This document shows positions 26,460 through 36,130 of a DNA stretch of 64,000 nucleotides, one piece after another. The stretch is from positions 8,275 through 72,274 of IMG/VR virus record IMGVR_UViG_3300021958_011004; one strand, given 5' to 3'. The notes under the pieces are model-generated. The model saw nothing but the letters and a program-made list of their open reading frames with translations, did no database searches and was not told the DNA's origin. This stretch comes from a virus (lineage: Duplodnaviria; Caudoviricetes). Numbering within the stretch: position 1 is the first letter of the stretch; each line of letters opens with the position of its first letter. The position numbers and the translations under genes were made by a program.

Positions 26460-27785
26460 TTATATTTTGCTTTGGATGTATTCGATTACTTTATTTACTG
26501 CATCAATCATTGCAGGTGAACGATTGATGATTCTATTGTTTTCCGGATCTAAAGTTTCTGCAAACTCTTGAATATAAGATTTTAATACTTCATCAGTCAA
26601 AGAAGCTTCAACTAAACTTTCAAAGTTTGATGCTTGTTCTGGACTTAAACTAACACCAATTAATGGTAGAAACTCTGCAGGATTTGAGATTCTGGATTCA
26701 AAAGAGTCTGAGTATATTGGTTGAGGAATTCCTTTGTTTTTTCCTCTCGTGGGAATCTTTTCACCTGTCTTTTCTTTCTTCATTAACCCACCGGGCCATG
26801 CCAAAGTGTATTTTACGCTTCCTTCCTCACCTCTTTCCATTGATTCTTTTTCACCAGCTTTCTTAGCAAAGAATGCCAAAAGAAGATTTCTAAATATCCC
26901 CTTAGCTCCAGTAGCAGAACCACCGGACATCTGCCATTGAGTATCTTCAGGAGTAGCAGAAGGAATTAAATCTATCTGAACATGACCTAGGCCTTCATAA
27001 GGAAATTTAGCGCAAACCAATTGACCAACAAATTTAACATTTTCAGGACCTAAAATACTAGCAACCTGTTCTCTAATCATTGCCTTATCATTACTATCAA
27101 CAACTAAATCAATATCACCAGCACCTCTTTCAGGAGAAGGGTCTCTTGTGCTTCCTGCAGGCAAACCTTTTAAACCGATCTTGTTTAAAACTGCAACATT
27201 AAATGCTAAAACTATTGATTTAACATCATTAGCAGGAATTCTTCCTTCGTAAGTTCCTTCAAAAGCATTTCCACCTTCAAGCAAAACTTTTCTAATTAAT
27301 CTTCTTATTATTGATTCATTTTTTGGAAAAAGCCAATTTCCAGTATTTTCTGCTGGTGTGGGATCTCTTTTTTCAACTCTTGCACCAGTGCCGCCTCTTT
27401 CTGCATTTGCTAATTTTTTTTGCAATTCGATATAAGCTTCAAGTCCTGTCTTGTCTTTTTTCTCTGATTCTTCTGAGTCAGGTGCATATAATCTACCATA
27501 TTTCTTAAATAATGCAGCATCCATTTCTTCAACGCTAGCGTAACCTAAAAACTTAGCAATTTCTTCAGGTGTAGCAATATCATAATCAGTTTCAATAGAT
27601 GGATATTTACTACCGTATGGAGCCCTCCCTATGTCTCTAAGTCTATAACCTGTGTTTCCCATGGTAAGATCTGGATGTTTTGGGTTAAACTCTGATGTTG
27701 GTTCGTTAAAAACACTTGATTGAAACAGAGAAGAATCTAATTGTTCTTTAATTAATTTAATAAGTTGTTTTCTTGTTATTTTCAT
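26460..27785 (-). CDS. Leader-bearing protein with Pol-beta-type nucleotidyltransferase domain
   Basis: MKITRKQLIKLIKE; internal RRLIRKVLLE-GGNAF; GS...GDIDLVV and QIDL acidic triad. Confidence 0.7.
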   Translation of the reverse strand: MKITRKQLIKLIKEQLDSSLFQSSVFNEPTSEFNPKHPDLTMGNTGYRLRDIGRAPYGSKYPSIETDYDIATPEEIAKFLGYASVEEMDAALFKKYGRLYAPDSEESEKKDKTGLEAYIELQKKLANAERGGTGARVEKRDPTPAENTGNWLFPKNESIIRRLIRKVLLEGGNAFEGTYEGRIPANDVKSIVLAFNVAVLNKIGLKGLPAGSTRDPSPERGAGDIDLVVDSNDKAMIREQVASILGPENVKFVGQLVCAKFPYEGLGHVQIDLIPSATPEDTQWQMSGGSATGAKGIFRNLLLAFFAKKAGEKESMERGEEGSVKYTLAWPGGLMKKEKTGEKIPTRGKNKGIPQPIYSDSFESRISNPAEFLPLIGVSLSPEQASNFESLVEASLTDEVLKSYIQEFAETLDPENNRIINRSPAMIDAVNKVIEYIQSKI

Positions 27786-28059
27786 TTTTATTCTCTATAA
27801 ATTTAATCTTAATTATTAAATCATCTATACCTTTAATTATCCTGTGCCATTCTCTATTTCTTATAAAGTAATTTTCATTAATTTTCAATTTTTCTGGTAA
27901 TAAATTTTCTTTTTGTAAATACCATCCTGAACCACTTAAAACTTCAATTAATCTATCTTCTTTATCTCTATGCCACAATAATTCTTCATCATCAATATCA
28001 ATACCAAATCTTCTTATTTGATAATCATTACCTTCTTCAATAATCTTATAAGGATTCAC
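27757..28059 (-). CDS. Cupin-like hypothetical protein
   Basis: ELLWHRD.EDR.IEV...W..Q....WHRIIKG. Confidence 0.6.
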   Translation of the reverse strand: MNPYKIIEEGNDYQIRRFGIDIDDEELLWHRDKEDRLIEVLSGSGWYLQKENLLPEKLKINENYFIRNREWHRIIKGIDDLIIKIKFIENKNENNKKTTY

Positions 28060-28719
28060 TTACCACCATGTATATCTTGACTTAGAACCTGTTAAGCTAG
28101 GATACCTTCCTGCTCTACATGCCCAATATCTGGCTGAAGTCTTATCCTTTGTTTCTTTGCATCTGTGTCTAGCAGCAAATGATTTTCTAGCTTTAGGATT
28201 ACTCAATCTCAATTTCATCTCACGAGAACCAAATGTAACTTTCTTTACATTTCCCGTCTTCGGATCTTTCACATAAACTCTATACTGTCCGCCACTTTTG
28301 CCTGGATTTCTAGATGGTTTATTCAGTTTAACTTTTTTACCTTGATAATAAGATCCTGATTTCTTCTTTTTAGAAGATTTCTTTTTCTTTTTACGACCCT
28401 CGAGAAGATTAAATTCTTCTTCCATTTCATCATCAATTTCCGCAAGAATTGGATAATCCAAGGCAACTCTTCTACCTTCGTAAACTCCCCATTCTCCTAA
28501 ATCAGACTTGATTAAATCTAAATCAACAGCATCAATCTCAAGCAAACCTTCTTCATACCAGTAACGTGCTTCTCTTATTAAATTGAAATAAGCTTCTGAG
28601 CCAGGTCTGAAGATATTTTTTGATAATGACAATTCTTTTTCAACGTGATAAAGTAATCCCTCTGAAAAAAGAACCCCTTGAACTATCGCTTCTTGTAGCT
28701 TTTGTTTTGTAAATCTCAT
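28060..28719 (-). CDS. Basic phage protein with leader-like N-terminus
   Basis: MRFTKQKLQEAI; poly-Lys; VYVKDPKTGNVKKVTFG...ARKSFAARHRC...SARYWAC. Confidence 0.65.
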   Translation of the reverse strand: MRFTKQKLQEAIVQGVLFSEGLLYHVEKELSLSKNIFRPGSEAYFNLIREARYWYEEGLLEIDAVDLDLIKSDLGEWGVYEGRRVALDYPILAEIDDEMEEEFNLLEGRKKKKKSSKKKKSGSYYQGKKVKLNKPSRNPGKSGGQYRVYVKDPKTGNVKKVTFGSREMKLRLSNPKARKSFAARHRCKETKDKTSARYWACRAGRYPSLTGSKSRYTWW

Positions 28720-28723
28720 AATT

Positions 28724-29680
28724 CTAATTATCGATTCCAAGAACCTTCTTCCCGTTCTCTGTTGCAATTTTTACTAAAGCATCCTCGTCGTATATCTTGC
28801 AAGCTTCAAGTAACAATCGCAGCTCAAACATCATGTCACCATCAGCGTATGGTTTGTAAACATCATGAATATTATCAGAACCTAGAGCAACAACAATATC
28901 GTGTTCTAATAATTCATCAACAGGAGTTATTGCATTGTGAATTGGTGCTAAATCCTCTCTACGGACATGGTCAATCCAAGCACTTGGACATGTAACAAAT
29001 GAAAGGCCAGCGTCTTTACATATCTTGTAAACTTCTTGTCTATAATACTTGTCATGACATGCAAGAGATATTCCATGCACTGCTGTAACCATTCCTTCGA
29101 GACCCCACTCAATTGTTTTTCTTGCAAGTAATTCAGTTTCTTTTTCACTTTGACAATTGAGCTGGTCAACATGCACGTGAAGCTTTTTATTTCTTGCCTT
29201 GGCCCAAAACATTACCTTATCTAAGTGTCTCTCAATGTTCTTTATTCCGTCTGCTCTAGGTAAAGAACCTATGATGTCAAATGAATCCAAAACTGTTTCT
29301 AGTAGCTCGTTTTCTGCAGGCCTTAAAACACCTTTGAGAGTTTGGCAAGCCAGCTTAATTTTAAAATTTGGGCGTGCAGCAGCTGCTTTTTTAGCACCCA
29401 CAATAGCTGCATGTTGGCATAAAGAATCCACATCAATAAAACTGCATGCATGACTTACACCAAAATTAATTTGAGAATCAATAGCTCTTAAAACATTTTC
29501 TTCATATGAGTTTGCACATGCTTGAGCCTTAAATCTATCAACGAGTTTCCACTTTTCTTCTAAATGTTTATATGTCTCCAGCTCAGAAAACATTTCAAGC
29601 GTAAAGGCTCTGTCAAAATGCGCGTGTGCATTAACAAAACCGCCATTATCAATAATACGATTTTTTAAATTTTCTAACAT
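28724..29680 (-). CDS. Cytosine-deaminase-like amidohydrolase
   Basis: NAHAHFD, HVHVD, TAVH, ALGSDN.. D motifs as in CodA-type enzymes. Confidence 0.8.
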   Translation of the reverse strand: MLENLKNRIIDNGGFVNAHAHFDRAFTLEMFSELETYKHLEEKWKLVDRFKAQACANSYEENVLRAIDSQINFGVSHACSFIDVDSLCQHAAIVGAKKAAAARPNFKIKLACQTLKGVLRPAENELLETVLDSFDIIGSLPRADGIKNIERHLDKVMFWAKARNKKLHVHVDQLNCQSEKETELLARKTIEWGLEGMVTAVHGISLACHDKYYRQEVYKICKDAGLSFVTCPSAWIDHVRREDLAPIHNAITPVDELLEHDIVVALGSDNIHDVYKPYADGDMMFELRLLLEACKIYDEDALVKIATENGKKVLGIDN

Positions 29681-29739
29681 TGAGATATATCCTCGTTTTT
29701 AATAATTATAGATATCAAAAAATAAAGGAGATTAAAACA

Positions 29740-30357
29740 ATGTCTAGGATAAAAAACATGGGAGCAGCAACAGTTAGATTTAACGAAGGTGTTATTGTTG
29801 ACGGAACAGCAGGAGATGATTCTCATGCTCTAATCATAACAGGGAGCATCCATTGTTCCACAGATGGTTACTTTGATAGAATCTATCTCGGTGGGGGTGA
29901 TGGAACAGGGTCAACAATTAGTAACGGAAACTCTGATACTTACATACAAATGCAAGGAAATGATGTTATTAATCTAGTCGCAGGAAGTAAAAACTTTGTG
30001 CAAATTGTTGAAGCGAATAGAGGAACTAACAGAATTATTATAAATGAAAATAGTGAAAATATTGATTTTAGAGTGGAAACTTCAAATCAAACACACGCAA
30101 TATTTTCCGATGGTGGAAATGATGTATTATATCTAGGAGGTTTTCCTGCAGGAAATCAGGCTGGCAGCGATGTTGGTGTATATATTTCTGGCTCTTATGA
30201 TAGAAAATTAGTGATTAATGCAGAAGTTGTTATCACTGGTGGTGTTTCTTTTTCTGGTCCTGAGTCAGGTTTAATACTATCATCTCCCAACGGGACAATG
30301 TTTGCATTAACAATTGATGATGACGGAAGCGTGGGTTCTTTTCAGCTTACCCCCTAA
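29740..30357 (+). CDS. Tail-fibre/structural-like protein
   Basis: AAGGAG RBS; Gly/Asn/Ser-rich beta repeats; C-terminal LILSSPNGTMFALTIDDDG. Confidence 0.55.
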   Translation: MSRIKNMGAATVRFNEGVIVDGTAGDDSHALIITGSIHCSTDGYFDRIYLGGGDGTGSTISNGNSDTYIQMQGNDVINLVAGSKNFVQIVEANRGTNRIIINENSENIDFRVETSNQTHAIFSDGGNDVLYLGGFPAGNQAGSDVGVYISGSYDRKLVINAEVVITGGVSFSGPESGLILSSPNGTMFALTIDDDGSVGSFQLTP

Positions 30358-30367
30358 CTCTCTAAAC

Positions 30368-30925
30368 TCATTGCATTAAAATTGTCGCAATTTGATTTAA
30401 AGATTCTTCACTATACCCTACCTGATAACCCATCATTACCAAGTCTTTATCAAAGTAATAAAATGTTGGCCAGCTAGCTAGATATAATTGTTCTTTTAAC
30501 ATAAGCGGATCACTAGTAACCAAGCTTCTATCTGAACCCCAAGTCATAGCGCTTTCTATACCGAAAGTTGAATCCCACAATCTCACGTCATCAACATCAG
30601 GAGGATATCCACTTGTATCCTCGATTAGTACTGTGACGTAATGTATGTCAGGATGCAACGTTTGAAAAGCTTCAGTATTAGCTCCTGCAGCTTGACAAGG
30701 GCCACACCACATAGCACTTAAATCAAGAATCACAGGTTTTCCTTTAAGATCATAAATACTTTTAATTTCTCCATTAGAGTCAAAAGCCTGAAAGTTGCAA
30801 ATAGTTGCACCAATTACAGAAGCGCAACCTGCTTCAACATCTTCAATGTTTTGTGACAAAGAAGTATCACTTTTAATGTCTGAGTTTGAACAACCCAATA
30901 AAAAACTTAATAATAATCCGAACAT
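30368..30925 (-). CDS. TlpA/redoxin-like lipoprotein
   Basis: LLGC lipobox; LDLSAMWCGPCQ; WPTFY. Confidence 0.8.
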   Translation of the reverse strand: MFGLLLSFLLGCSNSDIKSDTSLSQNIEDVEAGCASVIGATICNFQAFDSNGEIKSIYDLKGKPVILDLSAMWCGPCQAAGANTEAFQTLHPDIHYVTVLIEDTSGYPPDVDDVRLWDSTFGIESAMTWGSDRSLVTSDPLMLKEQLYLASWPTFYYFDKDLVMMGYQVGYSEESLNQIATILMQ

Positions 30926-30933
30926 AATATCTC

Positions 30934-31449
30934 CTATGGTATCCAGAATTTATCACCTGCTCTATCAATAAACGGATGCATGATATGACCAGGAATGCTA
31001 ATATGATTTAAACCAAGAGCATGACCTAATTCATGCTCCAAAATCAACGGGACATTAACTTCATTATTTGGAATTATAATCTCAGCAGATACTACAGTTC
31101 CAGAAACAATCATTCTACGAGTAACACCAATAGAATCTTCAGGCATTTCTCCTTCATGTCTAATAACAATAAAACCTATCGGAAAACTTTGACTGCAAAC
31201 ATAATTTTCATAGTCGATAATATAATGGTCTGTTTTAAATCCTTTAATTTCCCAATAGTTTATTGCATTTAAAACAGTTGCAATTCTAATTTCACTATCT
31301 CTACAAATCACAACTAAAGGTTCTTTTTCCCACGCTCCAGCAATAAATTTTTGTCTAGAATATACACTTTCAACTAAAATTGAGCTTAAAGCATAAAACA
31401 AAACAGCTACAACTGATATGATTACCAGCCTAATAATTGAATTCATCAT
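30934..31449 (-). CDS. Matrixin/M10-like zinc metallopeptidase, secreted
   Basis: HELGHALGLNH and Met-turn IMHP; N-terminal TM. Confidence 0.85.
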   Translation of the reverse strand: MMNSIIRLVIISVVAVLFYALSSILVESVYSRQKFIAGAWEKEPLVVICRDSEIRIATVLNAINYWEIKGFKTDHYIIDYENYVCSQSFPIGFIVIRHEGEMPEDSIGVTRRMIVSGTVVSAEIIIPNNEVNVPLILEHELGHALGLNHISIPGHIMHPFIDRAGDKFWIP

Positions 31450-31450
31450 A

Positions 31451-33055
31451 TCAACAACCCGCGATTGCGTAAGTTATCTCAATGGTTTGTCCTTCACGAG
31501 GGGTTGAACCTTCATTAAAAATAACAGAATTAGTACTGTCATCAAATATCCACGCCTCAGTCAGTTGACCATTAACATATACTTCAATTGACTCTTCAAT
31601 TATATCTGTTTCTGATAACTGGAAAGTAGAAGTATTGCTAACTTGTTCTGCTAAATCTTTTAACTGAATTCCCCAGTCAGGTGCACAAATTGAATACCAT
31701 GAACCATTATAATAATTTATAATTTCATAATATCCATAACCTGGGTTTAAATGTCTGGTTATTCCGTTAGCTGTAATATAATCACAACCAGCTGGGTAAT
31801 CAGCAATCACACCGTACATTTTGACATTTTCAACGCTAGGTTTAATATTATCAAAAAACCATGTGTAGTTTATCCAACTACCAGTACTAAAGTCAGGTTC
31901 ATCAGAGAGATATATTATAGCAAGATTAGCATGCTCTCTATAAAAAGTTGAACCTGGTCCTGCAACGCTCGGAGCTTGGAGTGCCTCATATGCCATTTCG
32001 ACACCACGCTCCATACCGCTTCCGTAAATACCAATACCATTGATTGTACTTGCAGACCACCCAACGGGGTCAGAATGATTATTATCAATCCATCCTGGCC
32101 AAGAACCTTGCCATGTATAATCTGAAGTTGTAATAAAACCCATGTGAAAGTCAGGATTAACTAACAAAAACTGGTCCATAAAATCAGTCATTTGTTGTGC
32201 CAACATACTTTGAAATATTGACATAGAGCCACTATCATCAATAACCCAGATAATATCAACAACAGGAACTGGGTCTTGTTGCCATGTCTCTGTAAACATC
32301 TGAAGATAATCAGCCTCTCCTAACTGATAAGCTTCAATTTCTGGATTGATTGGGTCATTTGATTTAATTGATATTATACTTTCATCATAGCCCATGTCTT
32401 GTGGGATATAAGAAACCAAAAAATCAAGAGAGTTTTCAGGTTCAATCTCCCAGGGAGGATCATTCAAAGACCCATATTCCATAATAATATCTGCTGGTTG
32501 ATTAACTAACTGCAAAACAGAATCAACAATCAAATTAAGGTTTCCCTCATTTTTAATTGTTATTCTTTCTTCATTGTCACACCCGAGACTAATCTCACCA
32601 TAATCAACATCCATCGGAGAGACATCAATAACTGGCGCATCTCCAAAGCCTGATAATCCTACATATGAAAGCTCTTCATTGCTGTCAGAAGACAATATCT
32701 CAATTGTCCCATAGTTTTCTTCATATGTTTCTGGGACATATGTTACAGTATATTCAACATATTCTTCCGGAGATAATGTAATAACCTCTGGACCATCTAA
32801 TTCAAATCTATCTTCACCTAAAACAACAACTGGATTATCAATGCTAAGCACATCATTGCCTGCATTCATAACAATAAAATTTTCAACTCCTGACTCATAA
32901 CCCGATCTAATGTGACCAAAATTAATTTGCTCAGGATACACAACTATTTCAGGGTTCTCATCATCAACTTTATAAAAAGTCGTATCTTGACAACCGCTGT
33001 TAAATAAACTTAAACTAGAAAGAAAACACAAAATTAGCCAGAAATTATGTCTCAT
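31451..33055 (-). CDS. Lipoprotein with Ig-like (ASH/choice-of-anchor D-like) domains and vWA/MIDAS domain
   Basis: NSGC lipobox; two NxGxxxL..V Ig-like repeats; DIIWVIDDSGSM MIDAS. Confidence 0.8.
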   Translation of the reverse strand: MRHNFWLILCFLSSLSLFNSGCQDTTFYKVDDENPEIVVYPEQINFGHIRSGYESGVENFIVMNAGNDVLSIDNPVVVLGEDRFELDGPEVITLSPEEYVEYTVTYVPETYEENYGTIEILSSDSNEELSYVGLSGFGDAPVIDVSPMDVDYGEISLGCDNEERITIKNEGNLNLIVDSVLQLVNQPADIIMEYGSLNDPPWEIEPENSLDFLVSYIPQDMGYDESIISIKSNDPINPEIEAYQLGEADYLQMFTETWQQDPVPVVDIIWVIDDSGSMSIFQSMLAQQMTDFMDQFLLVNPDFHMGFITTSDYTWQGSWPGWIDNNHSDPVGWSASTINGIGIYGSGMERGVEMAYEALQAPSVAGPGSTFYREHANLAIIYLSDEPDFSTGSWINYTWFFDNIKPSVENVKMYGVIADYPAGCDYITANGITRHLNPGYGYYEIINYYNGSWYSICAPDWGIQLKDLAEQVSNTSTFQLSETDIIEESIEVYVNGQLTEAWIFDDSTNSVIFNEGSTPREGQTIEITYAIAGC

Positions 33056-33139
33056 TTTATCCCCCGATATGTTTATAGATTAGAAAGCACAAAACATGCT
33101 CTCATATCTTACATATTCGGGTGTGTTACAAAACTGAAA

Positions 33140-33424
33140 CTAAGTTTCTGATTTTTTACTAATTATCTCTGAGATCTTCTTTAAAAAGTTAGTATTATCT
33201 AAGTCTGGATTTTTACCCCACTCAGAATCATTCCAGTCTCTTACTATTTCTCTCCAAACACCGACTGGGATTGTCATTGAAATAGGTACAGTAATAGAGA
33301 TATTTTCGCTTCGGGGTAAATCAAAAGTAGAAATTGTAACTTCTAAATAAACATTATTGCTATCACCTTCAATAGTATATAAATGCCAATTTTTACCCGA
33401 AGATATGGATGTAATACTAGCCAT
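33140..33424 (-). CDS. Hypothetical protein
   Basis: ORF track. Confidence 0.5.
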   Translation of the reverse strand: MASITSISSGKNWHLYTIEGDSNNVYLEVTISTFDLPRSENISITVPISMTIPVGVWREIVRDWNDSEWGKNPDLDNTNFLKKISEIISKKSET

Positions 33425-33429
33425 GACTT

Positions 33430-33618
33430 CTAGCCACCAAACGTAACGTGGCCTTTTAAAATATCGTCAATGGCGTTAATCGCTCTATGTAAAACAGTAG
33501 CGCAATCAATTTGTTTCATTATAGCATTCTTATCTGACTTATAATCTTTAAGCCTTGAAAATTCATTTATCAACTCAGTTCTAATTTTAACTAGTTTTTG
33601 AATTTCTTGATTTTCCAT
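33430..33618 (-). CDS. Hypothetical protein
   Basis: Coupled ORF. Confidence 0.5.
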   Translation of the reverse strand: MENQEIQKLVKIRTELINEFSRLKDYKSDKNAIMKQIDCATVLHRAINAIDDILKGHVTFGG

Positions 33619-33619
33619 T

Positions 33620-34198
33620 TTAATTTCCCTTAAACCAGCTCGGTCTATTTGCTTTTGGTTCCCACTTAGCGAATCGAACCTTATCGATATTATAGTAGTT
33701 ACGATAAGATTCTACTGCATTATATTCGTTTGTAATACTATCTTTTACTTTATAGTCTTCGTTCATACAAATAGCAAAAGGTGTTCTACCCTCTTTTGGA
33801 AAATTAACAGGTACATTCTTGTCAAGCCAGCGACACACAGCTTCAGACTTGTGATGTTTCTGATATCGATTGGTATATTCAATTAAAAGACAACTCATTA
33901 ACTCTAGATGCCAAAAATAATTCTCTGCAGACTCTCTTGTCCAGATAGTACAAGGATGATTTACGTGAGTCAAACCCCAGGGAGGTTGCTTTTCTTTTGG
34001 AACCTCATCAGCAAGAAACTTTTTAACATCTCTCATGAGTTTAAAGTCTTTCCTAGATTTTCCAAAATGATCTAACCAACTCATCCAATGAGCTGCACAC
34101 AACATTTGACCAGCTTCAAGTATCATTTTTACTACATGTTTGTTACAATGATACTCTGCTGCTTTAACAGGACTCTCGTCCAACACAAATATATTCAA
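33620..34198 (-). CDS. Pyrimidine-dimer DNA glycosylase-like protein (phage MNIF..KHVVKMILE family)
   Basis: MNIFVLD...HCNKHVVKMILEAGQML...NHPCTIW. Confidence 0.7.
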   Translation of the reverse strand: MNIFVLDESPVKAAEYHCNKHVVKMILEAGQMLCAAHWMSWLDHFGKSRKDFKLMRDVKKFLADEVPKEKQPPWGLTHVNHPCTIWTRESAENYFWHLELMSCLLIEYTNRYQKHHKSEAVCRWLDKNVPVNFPKEGRTPFAICMNEDYKVKDSITNEYNAVESYRNYYNIDKVRFAKWEPKANRPSWFKGN

Positions 34199-34205
34199 AT
34201 CTACC

Positions 34206-35009
34206 TCACAGATTAGGAATTATATGTTCTTCTATTAGTTTGATGGTTTCATCAGGCCCTGATGTTTGGAAGGCCCCAAGACCGTTCTGCAATACGTCTT
34301 GATATATTTCGTGATCATTACCACCTTTGTTGCAATTATCACCAATAAAGTAAACTTGTCGATCTTTATAAAAGTTATTTAAAGTAAAAGTTTTATTCCA
34401 TCCAACTGGGTAAATATCAATTGAAGTTTTACCGCCCAAAGCGGTTGTAAATTTATCACGCGTAATGTCTGAGTTTTGTAATGCAAAGTCTAGATCTGAT
34501 TTTAAAATTGTTCTGACACATTTTGCTTCATCAATAGCTTCGAATATTTTTCTATCTCTATCAGCAGCATCCCTACCAATCATACACCAGTTTAAAAGAG
34601 AACCGCGATTTGAAGTGAAATGACCAAAAAACATTGAATCTGACAATAATTCTTCACAAGTCATTGCTTTGTTTTGTAATCTAACAACGTGTTTCATTAA
34701 TGATTGAAATGCACTCATTCCAACATGGTACATCATACTGTTGTCTGACATCTGTACCCACTTAAAATCATTCCACTCATAATGTTTAGTCCCGTTGCAA
34801 GGATAGAGTGTTAGATTGTTAAGGTTTGGGCAATTAATAGAGTCCCAAATAGGACCTAACTGATCTTCGATATAATTAAAGCCCGAGCCTGTTACAATTC
34901 CAACATTTGTTAGGTTAAGTAACCTTGAAAGGACCTTTATCATGTTTGTTTCTATCTTTTTTCTGGCTGGTGTTAATGTACAGTCCATGTCAAACAAAAC
35001 AGTAGACAT
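34206..35009 (-). CDS. HAD-family phosphomannomutase (eukaryote-type PMM-like)
   Basis: LFDMDCTLTPARK, IVTGS, LGGKTSIDIYP.GW.KT, FIGD...GGND.EI. Confidence 0.8.
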   Translation of the reverse strand: MSTVLFDMDCTLTPARKKIETNMIKVLSRLLNLTNVGIVTGSGFNYIEDQLGPIWDSINCPNLNNLTLYPCNGTKHYEWNDFKWVQMSDNSMMYHVGMSAFQSLMKHVVRLQNKAMTCEELLSDSMFFGHFTSNRGSLLNWCMIGRDAADRDRKIFEAIDEAKCVRTILKSDLDFALQNSDITRDKFTTALGGKTSIDIYPVGWNKTFTLNNFYKDRQVYFIGDNCNKGGNDHEIYQDVLQNGLGAFQTSGPDETIKLIEEHIIPNL

Positions 35010-35438
35010 TTATTTTTCTCCTTGTTTTTGTCGAACAGCATCAACCAACCAAGAACTAGACTGTGGTTTGTTGTTACCGCCAATTCCCCATAACATTTCA
35101 ATATCTAAATCTTTGCATACTTTTTCTTCAGGTACATTACCTTCTTTTCTGTCTCCACCGTTGGCAAAATATGTAGGAGATAATAGTCTTAAAGTCTCAC
35201 AAACAGTATTATCTTCGTCAATACATTTTACAACATCAACAACGCCAGAGATAGCTTTTAATATTTCAGCTCTTTCTTCCCACCTCATAAAAGCGTAACC
35301 TTTCTTTTTTTCTAGCCATTCGTCAGTATTCAAGATAACAATAACGTCACCATATTCTGCTGCTTTTAAAATCATTCTAACATGGCCAACATGAATTGGA
35401 TCAAATCCACCACTAACTGCAATTGTTTTGTTTTTCAT
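35010..35438 (-). CDS. Cytidylyltransferase-like (TagD/RfaE domain II)
   Basis: VSGGFDPIHVGH, KKG, QSSS. Confidence 0.85.
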   Translation of the reverse strand: MKNKTIAVSGGFDPIHVGHVRMILKAAEYGDVIVILNTDEWLEKKKGYAFMRWEERAEILKAISGVVDVVKCIDEDNTVCETLRLLSPTYFANGGDRKEGNVPEEKVCKDLDIEMLWGIGGNNKPQSSSWLVDAVRQKQGEK

Positions 35439-35695
35439 AGAATCTTCCCTAAGATGTCATAGCTTGTAATAAAGTGTGTTTCGCCATTATACATCACTTC
35501 ATAAAACTTTACATTTTTGAATTCTTCGATATCATCAGGAGACATTGCAAGTATTTCATCAAATGATTGATGTGTGCTTATGATAATCGAAATTAAACCA
35601 TTATTCTGAACTTTTTCAGGCACAGAATAATGGTCACAAATTAGAACTAAGTCACCTGAATTGTAGGTTTCTAACTTAGAAACAACAGGCGCCAT
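35435..35695 (-). CDS. KOW/SH3-like microprotein
   Basis: YNSGDLVLI. Confidence 0.45.
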   Translation of the reverse strand: MAPVVSKLETYNSGDLVLICDHYSVPEKVQNNGLISIIISTHQSFDEILAMSPDDIEEFKNVKFYEVMYNGETHFITSYDILGKIL

Positions 35696-35707
35696 TTTTT
35701 TATTGTT

Positions 35708-36031
35708 TTACAGGGTTAAGTCTGAGAATTCTGGTAATTCACCTGCGTCATGATGAATGTTTGTTAATTCAACGACAACACCTGGCGATCCTGTAACTGT
35801 TATTTTTTTACACCTAATCTCAAGTCTAATAGCAGACTCTGCTGGTGCAGTTATTGTACCACTTTGTGTGTTTGATCCATCATGTATTTTTAGAGTCCCA
35901 CCAGGAAGAACTACAATTGCTCTAGAATAAAACTTTAAACTATGTGTACCTGCTGATAAAACTAATGGTGTTCCAGATGCCTGATATTCTCCAACTGCAC
36001 CAAGACCTGGCCGAGCCCAATTTAAAGACAT
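35708..36031 (-). CDS. Probable structural protein (GLGxVGxYQxSG motif)
   Basis: PGLGAVGEYQASGTP; beta-rich; GGAG RBS. Confidence 0.5.
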   Translation of the reverse strand: MSLNWARPGLGAVGEYQASGTPLVLSAGTHSLKFYSRAIVVLPGGTLKIHDGSNTQSGTITAPAESAIRLEIRCKKITVTGSPGVVVELTNIHHDAGELPEFSDLTL

Positions 36032-36130
36032 TATTATCTCCTTTGTTTTTATAGCTATAAGTATTATGCTTCTATGTTACTTACATGCCATTCAAGAATA
36101 AACCCTGAGGTTAAAATAAAGAAGTAACCA

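Noticed and set aside
33665-33690. GGTTCGATTC-like T-arm signature (plus strand gaatcgaacc)
   Set aside because: Inside a coding region; no flanking cloverleaf
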